Shown here piece after piece: positions 9,033-17,659 of a DNA stretch of 64,000 nucleotides. The position numbers and the translations under genes were made by a program. Source of the DNA: an uncultured bacterium. Its GTDB lineage: Bacteria; Verrucomicrobiota; Verrucomicrobiia; Verrucomicrobiales; DEV007. The notes under the pieces were generated by a model. It searched no databases. It was not told the DNA's origin and was given only the letters and a program-made list of their open reading frames with translations. Location: contig CAXBMO010000003.1 in assembly GCA_963977015.1 (NCBI GenBank), positions 320,001 through 384,000 of the forward strand. The letters are read 5' to 3'. Each line of letters opens with the position of its first letter. Within the stretch, counting starts at the first letter, position 1.

Positions 9033-11717
9033 TTGAGACGGATTTTGACTGCGGCAACCGACATCCAACTCCATCCTGACGGGACGGTTTCACTCCCCAA
9101 TCAACTGGAGCTGGGCGATTCCATTTATGGTTCGTTCAAAAAGGGACTTCCAACCGGCATCATCGCCCTCGCCTCAACAAACACGGGGTCCGCTATTCCA
9201 CCGTTCCTGGGCTTTTGGCGCAATTTTGGCAGGGATTACCTCACAGAGCTTTGCCATCGCGGTAGCGGGGATCCCGAAATGTGGGAACCGGTTCCACTTC
9301 CAACAAAAGGAGAATTGGCGAAATGGGTGGAGATGGTTCCTCCCGCTCCTGGTGGAGAATATGTGAGTGCGGAGTTTCTCTCGAACCTCTGGACGTTTCT
9401 CAACCACCTGGTTGCAGGCGAAACGAAACAAGGAAAGACGCTCAGCCGATGGTTGGAAGAGAGGAACCCACTTTGGAAGCAAATCGGCCGGGTCACCTTC
9501 CATCTCGCCGAGAATCCACGGGACGAGGAAAAGCCCTTTGCTTTCCTCGCGACCTACACTCACCGCTTGAGTTCTCAGAGTAAATTGCAGTATTTGCCTC
9601 TCGGAAACGCGATCAAAAGATTCGGCGAGAAGAAGGATCAAAAGCTCTTGAAATCGATTCTCGCACCACTTCGCGAAGCCGCACAGCTGAGTCCATTCGT
9701 CAGGGGATTAGTTGAGTCGAAAGAGGTTTTTCAAGCCCTGGCCTGGAGCCCTGATCAGGCGTTTCAGTTTCTCGAGTGCATTCCGACCGTTGAGGAATGT
9801 GGCATCACCGCAAAGGTCCCCGACTGGTGGAAAGCCGGACGGCCCTCTCGCCCGAAAGTGTCGGTTCAACTGGATGCCAAAAGCCTTTCCCTCGGAGGCA
9901 TACAAAGCCTACTTTCGTTTCGAATCGACAAGACTCTTGACGGCGAAAAATTGACCGACAAGGAGTGGGAGAAACTGGTAAATGCCAGTTCTGGCCTTGT
10001 TTCCATCAAGGGACAGTGGGTCGAGGTGGACGCGGCAAAACTCGAACAGGCGTTGGAGCACTGGAAGAAAGTGGAGCAGGCTCGCGCGGTGGCGGGAATC
10101 TCGTTCGCGCAAGGTATGCGGATGCTTGCAGGCTTTCGCCAATCGGATTTCGCCAAGCCCGACCCATCATCGGTGAAAAACCTTGGAGAGTGGACGGATG
10201 TCGTTCCTCAGAAAGGGCTCAAGGAGTTGCTTACTCAAATCCGCGATCCGAAAAACAGGCCGAAAGTTCCGCCAAATGAGGACCTCCAAGCAACTCTTCG
10301 CCCCTATCAGGAGACGGGAGTCGACTGGCTTTGCCTGATGCGAAAATTGGGCCTTGGCGCGTGTCTGGCGGATGACATGGGGCTCGGGAAGACGATTCAG
10401 GTCATTGCTGCATTCCTTCACGAAAAACGGACGCAGCAGAAACCCAATTTGCTGATCGTCCCCGCATCCTTGTTGGGAAACTGGCGCAATGAGATTCGGC
10501 AGTTTGCACCGTCTCTACGCGTCTTTTACGCCCACCCTTCCATGTCCAGCAAAGAAGAGTTACAGTCGCCGCGCTTCGGGAACATCGACCTCGTCATTTC
10601 GACTTTCAGCATGATGACCCGGCTTCCATCGATCGTAGAAGGTCATTGGAATATCTTGGCCATCGATGAGGCGCAGGCATTGAAAAACCCCGCCTCCACT
10701 CAGACTCAAGCGGCAAAGGCCCTCAACTCTCAACATCGCATCGCGCTGACCGGCACCCCAATCGAGAACAGCATCACCGATCTCTGGTCCCTGTTTGATT
10801 TTCTTAATCCCGGCCTTCTCGGGACTGCCGCCGAATTCAAGACCTCGATCAAGAACCTGAGTTTGAAAGCGGAAGGATACAGTCCGATCAGACGCTTGAT
10901 TGCTCCTTTCATTTTGAGGCGATTGAAAACCGACAGAACCATCATTGCCGACCTTCCTGACAAACTGGAGGTGAACGCGCTTTGCCCCCTAAGCAAAGGT
11001 CAGACCGCCATCTACCAACAGAACGTCAGGCAACTCGCGAAAGATTTGAGCGCGCCCGAGAGCAGCGGCATTCAGCGAAAGGGACTCGTCCTGAGTTACC
11101 TGATGAAATTCAAGCAGATCTGTGATCATCCGGGACTGTTGACCGGCAGTGGAAATTTCGAAGAAAAGCACAGTGGCAAATTCCAGCGTCTTCGGGTGAT
11201 TGCAGAGGAACTGTTTTCGCGGGGAGAAAAGGTCCTTATTTTCACCCAGTTCCGGGAAATGGCGGATCCACTGACTGAATTTTTGGACTCGATCGCTCCA
11301 GGGCCCGGATTGACCCTACACGGCGGAACAACGGTCAAAAAGCGGCAAGAGTTGGTACGGAAGTTTCAGGAACCCGACGGACCACCATTCTTTGTCATCT
11401 CCCTCAAGGCAGGCGGAACGGGACTCAATTTGACCGCAGCCTCCCACGTAATTCATTTCGACCGCTGGTGGAACCCTTCCGTCGAAAATCAGGCTACGGA
11501 TCGCGCATTCAGAATCGGGCAAAAACGGAACGTCTTCGTCCACAAATTCGTTTGTCCCGGCACAATTGAAGAGAAGATCGATCGGCTCATTGCCGCGAAA
11601 ACGGAAATAGCGGAGGAACTTGTTGGCCAGCCATCCGCTCAAGCAAACCTCATGGAGATGAGTGATGCGGAACTCTTGGACTTCGTAGCGTTGGATCTGC
11701 GTTCGGTTTTCTCATGA
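9033..11717 (+). CDS. SNF2-family (SWI2/SNF2) helicase-like ATPase
   Basis: LRPYQETG, LADDMGLGKTIQ, IDEAQALKN, LTGTPIEN, FILRRLK, FTQF, SLKAGGTGLNLT, FDRWWNPSVENQATDRAFRIGQ. Start (TTG) uncertain. Confidence 0.93.
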   Translation: MRRILTAATDIQLHPDGTVSLPNQLELGDSIYGSFKKGLPTGIIALASTNTGSAIPPFLGFWRNFGRDYLTELCHRGSGDPEMWEPVPLPTKGELAKWVEMVPPAPGGEYVSAEFLSNLWTFLNHLVAGETKQGKTLSRWLEERNPLWKQIGRVTFHLAENPRDEEKPFAFLATYTHRLSSQSKLQYLPLGNAIKRFGEKKDQKLLKSILAPLREAAQLSPFVRGLVESKEVFQALAWSPDQAFQFLECIPTVEECGITAKVPDWWKAGRPSRPKVSVQLDAKSLSLGGIQSLLSFRIDKTLDGEKLTDKEWEKLVNASSGLVSIKGQWVEVDAAKLEQALEHWKKVEQARAVAGISFAQGMRMLAGFRQSDFAKPDPSSVKNLGEWTDVVPQKGLKELLTQIRDPKNRPKVPPNEDLQATLRPYQETGVDWLCLMRKLGLGACLADDMGLGKTIQVIAAFLHEKRTQQKPNLLIVPASLLGNWRNEIRQFAPSLRVFYAHPSMSSKEELQSPRFGNIDLVISTFSMMTRLPSIVEGHWNILAIDEAQALKNPASTQTQAAKALNSQHRIALTGTPIENSITDLWSLFDFLNPGLLGTAAEFKTSIKNLSLKAEGYSPIRRLIAPFILRRLKTDRTIIADLPDKLEVNALCPLSKGQTAIYQQNVRQLAKDLSAPESSGIQRKGLVLSYLMKFKQICDHPGLLTGSGNFEEKHSGKFQRLRVIAEELFSRGEKVLIFTQFREMADPLTEFLDSIAPGPGLTLHGGTTVKKRQELVRKFQEPDGPPFFVISLKAGGTGLNLTAASHVIHFDRWWNPSVENQATDRAFRIGQKRNVFVHKFVCPGTIEEKIDRLIAAKTEIAEELVGQPSAQANLMEMSDAELLDFVALDLRSVFS

Positions 11718-11773
11718 TCAACTGAGATTCCGCAGTTTTTTTTTTCAGCATGGTTCCCACCAGAATTCCATGC

Positions 11774-12154
11774 TTATCCGTCGACGGTTCCGCCCCCGGT
11801 CACCTCATCCGAATAGGTGTTGATCCGAGCGATAATCTCATCCATATCCCGGTCATCGATCTCGAAATTCTTCAGAGCGCTAAACAAGTGGTCCACAAAC
11901 TTCTGAACGTGTTTGGTGCGAATCCCCCTCCCCTGGTGAGCCTCGGAAATCGATTTACCCGTAAATTTGGCAGGTCCATCAATCGCCGCCGCGATGAATT
12001 CCCGAAACATGCTTCGCTGATGACTCATGTCGCTCTTGGTGAAAAACGCCGCGAGTTCGGGGTCGAGCACAATTCGCTCGTAAAAATCATCGATCAGACG
12101 TTCTACGGTCGATTCACCACCAATGCGGTCATAGAGGGTAATGTTTTCGCTCAC
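11774..12154 (-). CDS. Group I truncated hemoglobin (2/2 globin, GlbN-like)
   Basis: TLYDRIGG, FY (Tyr B10), DPELAAFF (Phe CD1), HQ (E7), GP..FTGK, AH (proximal His F8). Confidence 0.88.
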   Translation of the reverse strand: MSENITLYDRIGGESTVERLIDDFYERIVLDPELAAFFTKSDMSHQRSMFREFIAAAIDGPAKFTGKSISEAHQGRGIRTKHVQKFVDHLFSALKNFEIDDRDMDEIIARINTYSDEVTGGGTVDG

Positions 12155-12365
12155 AATACAAACTTTACGCGTGGTTCGTCCAGGTGCTGCCCGTTTCTTG
12201 GCAATTTCCGACCCTCTTTTTCCTCACTTCGCTTTCGGGGATTTTTTGGCCTTCCCCAAGCTGCTTCGGCTAAGCAATGGACAAAGAGAGCGGCATTGAT
12301 CCAAGAAATGCGTAAGTATGTTCTCCTCTGTCCCCACCAATTGGAACGACCCAACCATTTTCCTG

Positions 12366-13784
12366 ATGAAGCCCCTTCTCACACTTTTTCTCTATTCGGT
12401 ATTTCTCGCCTCGTCATTCGGCTTTGAACAGGCCCATTCCGAGCTCGATCAAATCCTGGGGACGCACGTCGATTCCGGCTTGGTTGACTACGAGGCCATT
12501 CACGAGTCGCCCGAACAACTCAACCAATACTTGGCTTCGGTCGCAAAGGTCACGACCCAGGAATTTGAGCAGTGGAGCCGCGATGAACAGCTTGCTTTTC
12601 TCATCAACGTCTACAACGCGGCGACGCTCCATCTCATTGTGGCCCATTACCCGACCTCCAGCATCAAGCAAATCCCAGATCAATGGGACCTGGAGCACAT
12701 TGCCCTCTTCGGGGGAATGGTGTCTCTCAATAACGTGGAGCATGAGTTGATCCGGGCGCGGTTCGACGATGCCCGCGCCCACTACGCCCTGGTCTGCGCC
12801 GCCCTGAGTTGTCCCCCGCTTCGTGCCGAAGCCTATGTTGCGTCGAAACTTGACGCGCAGCTGGACGATCAAGGGACGATCTTCTTTTCTCAGGCCAACA
12901 AGAATTTCGTCAGCGACGATGGAACGCTTCACCTCTCACCAATTCTCAATTGGTTCACCGAAGACTTCGTGGACTCCGAGTCTGAATTGGCCAGCTACGC
13001 CAAGAAGTGGTTGCCCAAAGAGGCAGCTTCCAAGATTGATCCTGAAAAGCCCGTTCAATTCACCTTTTACGATTGGGGATTGAACCAAAAGGGTGCTGTA
13101 ACCGCGGAAACCGCTCCCAGTGGAATCCAAGCAAAAATCCTAACCGGCCTGCAATTCATCGACAACCTCGGCACGATCAAAGCGGTCGTCTACGGCCTCG
13201 CCTACATCGGCCTTTCCCTGGCCTTCGTTTCTGCCGGAATGCTCACCATCGCTGGTGGTTTCTTTTTTGGCCCAGTCTGGGGAACCGTCATTGTGTCGCT
13301 GGTTTCCACAACCGCTGCTGCCTTGGCCTTTCTGATCAGCCGATACCTTGCCCGGGGCTTCATTGAAAAACGGATTGAAGGAAACGAGAAATTTGCGGCG
13401 GTGGACCGGGCGGTTGGCCGCGAAGGATGGAAAATCGTCGGGCTGACGAGACTATCGCCATTGTTCCCCTTCGTTTTCCTGAACTACGCCTACGGGCTCA
13501 CCAAGGTAAAATTTCCCCACTACGTTCTGGCCTCATGGCTCACCATGCTACCAGGAACCATCGTCTATGTCTGGATTGGTTCACTGGCGAAAAACCTGAC
13601 CACCATCGCGGCTGGAGGAGGCGCCGGTTCAACGCCCAAACTGATTCTCAGTATCATCGGAATCGCCGCCACTTTTGCCGTGACCGCCTACGTGACAAAA
13701 CTGGCTCGAAAAGCGCTGAACGAGAAGGTTGGAGCGGACGAAGTTCGTGAAGATGGGGGAGATTCGGTTCCAAGCCCTTCCTGA
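12366..13784 (+). CDS. Fusion of a secreted DUF547 domain and a VTT/DedA (TVP38/TMEM64) membrane domain
   Basis: Signal peptide MKPLLTLFL...; DUF547 motifs G.VDY, LAFLINVYNA, HYALVCAALSCPPL, YDWGLN; then GFFFGPVWG, AFLISRY, LTRLSPLFPF..NYAYG, TMLPG. Confidence 0.85.
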   Translation: MKPLLTLFLYSVFLASSFGFEQAHSELDQILGTHVDSGLVDYEAIHESPEQLNQYLASVAKVTTQEFEQWSRDEQLAFLINVYNAATLHLIVAHYPTSSIKQIPDQWDLEHIALFGGMVSLNNVEHELIRARFDDARAHYALVCAALSCPPLRAEAYVASKLDAQLDDQGTIFFSQANKNFVSDDGTLHLSPILNWFTEDFVDSESELASYAKKWLPKEAASKIDPEKPVQFTFYDWGLNQKGAVTAETAPSGIQAKILTGLQFIDNLGTIKAVVYGLAYIGLSLAFVSAGMLTIAGGFFFGPVWGTVIVSLVSTTAAALAFLISRYLARGFIEKRIEGNEKFAAVDRAVGREGWKIVGLTRLSPLFPFVFLNYAYGLTKVKFPHYVLASWLTMLPGTIVYVWIGSLAKNLTTIAAGGGAGSTPKLILSIIGIAATFAVTAYVTKLARKALNEKVGADEVREDGGDSVPSPS

Positions 13785-13867
13785 GGACAAGCCAGAACCT
13801 AACAGGGTGCCGGAACTTGCGATTTGATGATTGAATACTCTGCTGGGCCGATCGAGACTAAGCATCG

Positions 13868-14332
13868 ATGAATTTTCGCTTTGTAGGTCTCACTGGAATC
13901 GTGGTTACGGCCTTAACTTTATGTTCTTGTCTGACCTCCGAACCGCGGGCTGATGTTCAGGTCACGCCCGGCACCAAGCTGGGGGACTATCAAATCGTCT
14001 ATTTTGTGTTTGAAGACGCCTGGGCTGCGAATCACAGCATCGTGCAACTCCTGCAACAGGAATTTCAGCGACGCTCTTTTGCGATCAAGGTAGGGCCACC
14101 GTTGGAAGAGGATAAGTCAATTTCGACGGTGCTCCGGCTGAAACACGCGGGCGAAAACAAGGATTCCCAAAAAGGAAGTGTCACCAGCCTTCGCTATCTC
14201 CGCTTCGATCTCACGGATGCATCGAGCGGCAAATTGCTTGCTTCCGTCAATCGGGATCATGGATCCGATATGGATCCCATTGAACAAAAGCTGTTTGCAA
14301 AAGCACTCGTGGACGACCTTTTGGACGGCTGA
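13868..14332 (+). CDS. Hypothetical lipoprotein
   Basis: Signal peptide ending LTLCSC (lipobox-like); 154 aa. Confidence 0.65.
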   Translation: MNFRFVGLTGIVVTALTLCSCLTSEPRADVQVTPGTKLGDYQIVYFVFEDAWAANHSIVQLLQQEFQRRSFAIKVGPPLEEDKSISTVLRLKHAGENKDSQKGSVTSLRYLRFDLTDASSGKLLASVNRDHGSDMDPIEQKLFAKALVDDLLDG

Positions 14333-14793
14333 TGAGAACTGGTTGGCTTACCCTCCTGACACAACTGGTTCGCGGCCATCAGGTGGCTTCAGGCATCGCC
14401 GAAGAAGAGAGGTTTCCCAACGGAACCCTCGCGATGCAACTCCCGCACTTTGAGCAACGAGGTTTGGACCTGACGTCATTTTACAAGGGCACCTTGAACC
14501 TCTCCATCGCTCCAAAGCAGTTTCGTATTCTTGAAACCACCCATTGCTTTGAAGACGTGAAATGGGCGAGCAATGAACCCGCCGAGAACTTCTGGTTTCT
14601 CGATTGTCGGGTTGGTCTGAACCTGGAGGATTTTGTCGATGGATACATCTACTATCCGGATCCCGAAACCAAGCCGTGCCACTTCCAACCACCCAATGTG
14701 CTGGAAGTAATTGCCCCGGAACTACCAGATGTAAACTACGGCGACTCCATCTGGCTGGCGATTCGCCGCAACCAAATTGAGATCACGGATTGA
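14332..14793 (+). CDS. Protein resembling archaeal CTP-dependent riboflavin kinase (RIFT-barrel)
   Basis: LVRG..VASG, FYKGTLNL, VDGYIYYP, H..., LEVIAP, YGDSI. Coupled to the upstream gene by a TGATG overlap. Confidence 0.6.
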   Translation: MRTGWLTLLTQLVRGHQVASGIAEEERFPNGTLAMQLPHFEQRGLDLTSFYKGTLNLSIAPKQFRILETTHCFEDVKWASNEPAENFWFLDCRVGLNLEDFVDGYIYYPDPETKPCHFQPPNVLEVIAPELPDVNYGDSIWLAIRRNQIEITD

Positions 14794-14876
14794 GGCCGGC
14801 TGTTCGCGAAAGGACGGGAACTTCTCATCCGAACCTTGCTATCTCGCGGATGTTTGGCTGAGTCTGGCTCCCACCC

Positions 14877-16328
14877 GTGAATCCGTCCGACTTTTCCAAC
14901 TCTCCAACACAATCCAGCTACGATGCTGTGATTGTCGGCTCAGGTCCCAACGGCCTCGCGGCTGCCATTCACCTTGCCCAGAACGGTGCGCAAGTGTTGG
15001 TGGTCGAAGCGAAGTCAACACCGGGCGGAGGAATGCGCACGGCGGAACTCACCCTTCCAGGATATCTGCACGATGTTTGCGCCGCGATTCATCCCATGGG
15101 GATCGCCTCCCCCTTTCTCAAGTCGTTGGATTTGGAGGCCCACGGGCTGGTCTGGGCTCAGCCAACTTATCCGGTGGTTCAACCGATGGATGACGGAAAA
15201 GCCGTCGTTCACGAACGCAGCGTTGCCGATACGGCGGCCAGACTTGGTCCCGATCGGGACACCTATCAAAAACTCTTCACGCCCCTGACCGAAGATTCGG
15301 AGAAACTTTATCATTCGCTCCTTGGGCCACTCAGCATTCCACGGCATCCCTTCGCAATGCTGAAGTTTGCCCGGCACGCCCTGAAATCCGCCCGGCAATT
15401 GGCCGATCGCAGTTTCAAAACTCCGGAAGCGAAAGCGCTCTTTTCCGGCCATGCGGCGCACTCGGTTCAGCCCCTGGAGAATACCGCGACCGCGGCGGTC
15501 GGGATGATGTTGGGCGTTAGTGCGCACAGCGTGGGTTGGCCGGTTGCCGTTGGGGGAACACAGAGTATCACCCGGGCGTTGCTCTCGATTTTGCGGGGTT
15601 TGGGTGGTGAGATCATCTGCGAGACCTCCGTTTCGGCGCTTGAAGCTCTCCCCAAGGCCAAGGCCTATCTGTTCGACACCTCTCCAAGGGCGATGTCGGA
15701 GATCTGCCACTCTCAATTTCCCGAAGGATACCGCGATCGATTGAAGTCCTATCGATACGGTCCCGGAGTGTTCAAGGTCGACTGGGCGCTGAACGAGCCG
15801 ATTCCATGGACCAATGCCGAGGCCAGATTGACGGCGTGCCTTCACGTCGGAGGAACGTTTGATGAGGTGGCGGACGCAGAAAGAGAATGCTGGCAAGGTC
15901 ACCACTCCCGCCGCCCATTCCTGATTCTGGCGCAACCCACCGTTGTCGATCCCAGTCGCGCGCCCGAAGGGAAACACACCGCGTGGGCCTACTGCCACGT
16001 ACCAAATGGTTCCACCGTCGACATGCAGGCACGGATTGAGGAGCAAGTGGAACGTTTTGCGCCAGGCTTCCGCGATTGCATCCTGGAATCCCACACCATG
16101 ATGACGACCGATGTTGAGGCCTATAACCCCAATTACATTGGTGGCGATGTCATCGGCGGCGTCCAGGATTTGGGTCAGCTTTATACCCGCCCTGTGGCCC
16201 GGTTGAATCCCTACACGACGCCGGCGAAAAACATTTTTCTGTGTTCGGCATCCACACCTCCGGGAGCAGGCGTCCACGGGATGTGCGGCTATCACGCAGC
16301 CAAAACAGCGCTGAAGCGCATCCAATAG
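14877..16328 (+). CDS. FAD-dependent oxidoreductase of the phytoene dehydrogenase-related family
   Basis: VIVGSGPNGLAAA, GGGMRT.E.TLPG..HDVCAAIHP, DPSRAP.GKH, FAPGFRD, LCSASTPPGAGVHGMCG. Confidence 0.9.
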   Translation: MNPSDFSNSPTQSSYDAVIVGSGPNGLAAAIHLAQNGAQVLVVEAKSTPGGGMRTAELTLPGYLHDVCAAIHPMGIASPFLKSLDLEAHGLVWAQPTYPVVQPMDDGKAVVHERSVADTAARLGPDRDTYQKLFTPLTEDSEKLYHSLLGPLSIPRHPFAMLKFARHALKSARQLADRSFKTPEAKALFSGHAAHSVQPLENTATAAVGMMLGVSAHSVGWPVAVGGTQSITRALLSILRGLGGEIICETSVSALEALPKAKAYLFDTSPRAMSEICHSQFPEGYRDRLKSYRYGPGVFKVDWALNEPIPWTNAEARLTACLHVGGTFDEVADAERECWQGHHSRRPFLILAQPTVVDPSRAPEGKHTAWAYCHVPNGSTVDMQARIEEQVERFAPGFRDCILESHTMMTTDVEAYNPNYIGGDVIGGVQDLGQLYTRPVARLNPYTTPAKNIFLCSASTPPGAGVHGMCGYHAAKTALKRIQ

Positions 16329-16340
16329 TCTTTCGCAAAT

Positions 16341-17657
16341 CTATCCGAGGGACAAGGGACCACCCGCGCAGTGTTTTTCCGTCCCAAACGTGGAAATGTT
16401 GTGCCCCATGGACTGAGCGACCGACAGCCAAAGCCGGTTGTGCTCAGCTTTGTCGAATCGTAAATGGCGCCCCATTTTGAATCCGTGAGCCTTTCCGCCA
16501 AGCAACACGAACGGAATATTTTCCAGGGTATGCGAGTTCCCTTTACCCAACTCGTTGAGCCAAACGATCAACGTATGATCCAACATGGAGCCATCGGCAC
16601 CGGGTTCCGGAGTTTTCGCGAGGCGCTCGGTCAGGTAGGCAAGCTCATTGCTGAACCATCGATTAATTTTCACGAGCTTCTCCTGGGCCTCCTCTTTCCC
16701 GTCCGGCTCGTGAGAGAGACCGTGGTGGCCTTCGGTAATTCCGAGCCATTGCATGCGGGCCTGACCGACTGAACGCATGTACTGCAGGGTGCCAATCCGA
16801 GTCATGTCGTTGGCCATGGCATTGACCAAAAGATCAATCTGCATCCGGCTGATCTGCGGGGTGTTGTCGTTCACTAGTTCAATATCCGGATCAATATCGG
16901 GCATGGGGTGCGCCAACTCGGTGTCGCCATCGACCTGCTGAAGTTCCGACTCCATCTCACGAACCAGCGTCAAATGCTGGTCGAGCAGAGCCCGATCTTC
17001 ACTTCCCAACCGTCCCGCTACTCGCTTGAGATCTTCCCTCACGCCATCCAGAACGCTGACCAGGCTTTCCTTGTCCTGCATCTTCCCATAAAGCCTTCCC
17101 ATCATTTGTTCCGGGTCGTTGATTGGTGCGACAGGCTTATTGGCCCCTTGATAGCTCATTCGCGTCCATGGATCCGCACGATTCGGGACGGCAACTCCAA
17201 ACTCCAATGATCCAAACCGCGTCCTCGTCTCGTCACGACTTTGCAGAAACTTGCGGAGTTCCTGATCGATGGAAATTCCGCTCGCCCATCCCGCCGGCGT
17301 GTCGGAACCACCCTGAATATTTCCCGGGAGCAACTCGGTTCCGGTCAACAAACAACTCATCCCGCGCATGTGACGATCGCCGTCCCCGCCAACCTTGTTG
17401 GAGATGCCATTGAGGATCAACATCTGATCCTTGAACCGGGCAAGCGGCTCCAAAATGCGTCTCGGCTGAAAATCAGGACCTTCACCATCAGGCCAGAACT
17501 CCGACGGGATGGTTCCGTTCGGGGAGAACATGATGATCAGGCGTTGCTTCGGCTTTGCGCTCGCGGCATTCAGCCCCGGCAAACCGGTCAAGAACGGCAA
17601 GGTTCCGGCAGAGACGCCGAGATTACGCAGGAATTGGCGGCGATTGGTGGTCGTCAT
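16341..17657 (-). CDS. DUF1552 (HXXSHH-family) Tat-exported protein
   Basis: NRRQFLR Tat signal, [34 protein letters not shown]. Start set at MTTTNRRQ. Confidence 0.85.
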   Translation of the reverse strand: MTTTNRRQFLRNLGVSAGTLPFLTGLPGLNAASAKPKQRLIIMFSPNGTIPSEFWPDGEGPDFQPRRILEPLARFKDQMLILNGISNKVGGDGDRHMRGMSCLLTGTELLPGNIQGGSDTPAGWASGISIDQELRKFLQSRDETRTRFGSLEFGVAVPNRADPWTRMSYQGANKPVAPINDPEQMMGRLYGKMQDKESLVSVLDGVREDLKRVAGRLGSEDRALLDQHLTLVREMESELQQVDGDTELAHPMPDIDPDIELVNDNTPQISRMQIDLLVNAMANDMTRIGTLQYMRSVGQARMQWLGITEGHHGLSHEPDGKEEAQEKLVKINRWFSNELAYLTERLAKTPEPGADGSMLDHTLIVWLNELGKGNSHTLENIPFVLLGGKAHGFKMGRHLRFDKAEHNRLWLSVAQSMGHNISTFGTEKHCAGGPLSLG

Positions 17658-17659
17658 TT

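Noticed and set aside
8745-9074. 109-aa minus-strand ORF upstream of SNF2 (possible SWIM partner?)
   Set aside because: No CxC/CxH motif, no protein-like features, and it overlaps the SNF2 start.
11720-11745. T10 run after the SNF2 stop as a terminator or phase-variable tract
   Set aside because: The stem is only ~4-5 bp and the run is intergenic between convergent genes; too weak to call.
11750-12427. 225-aa plus-strand ORF
   Set aside because: Overlaps the well-supported truncated hemoglobin on the opposite strand.
15015-16325. 436-aa minus-strand ORF
   Set aside because: Antisense shadow of the FAD oxidoreductase.
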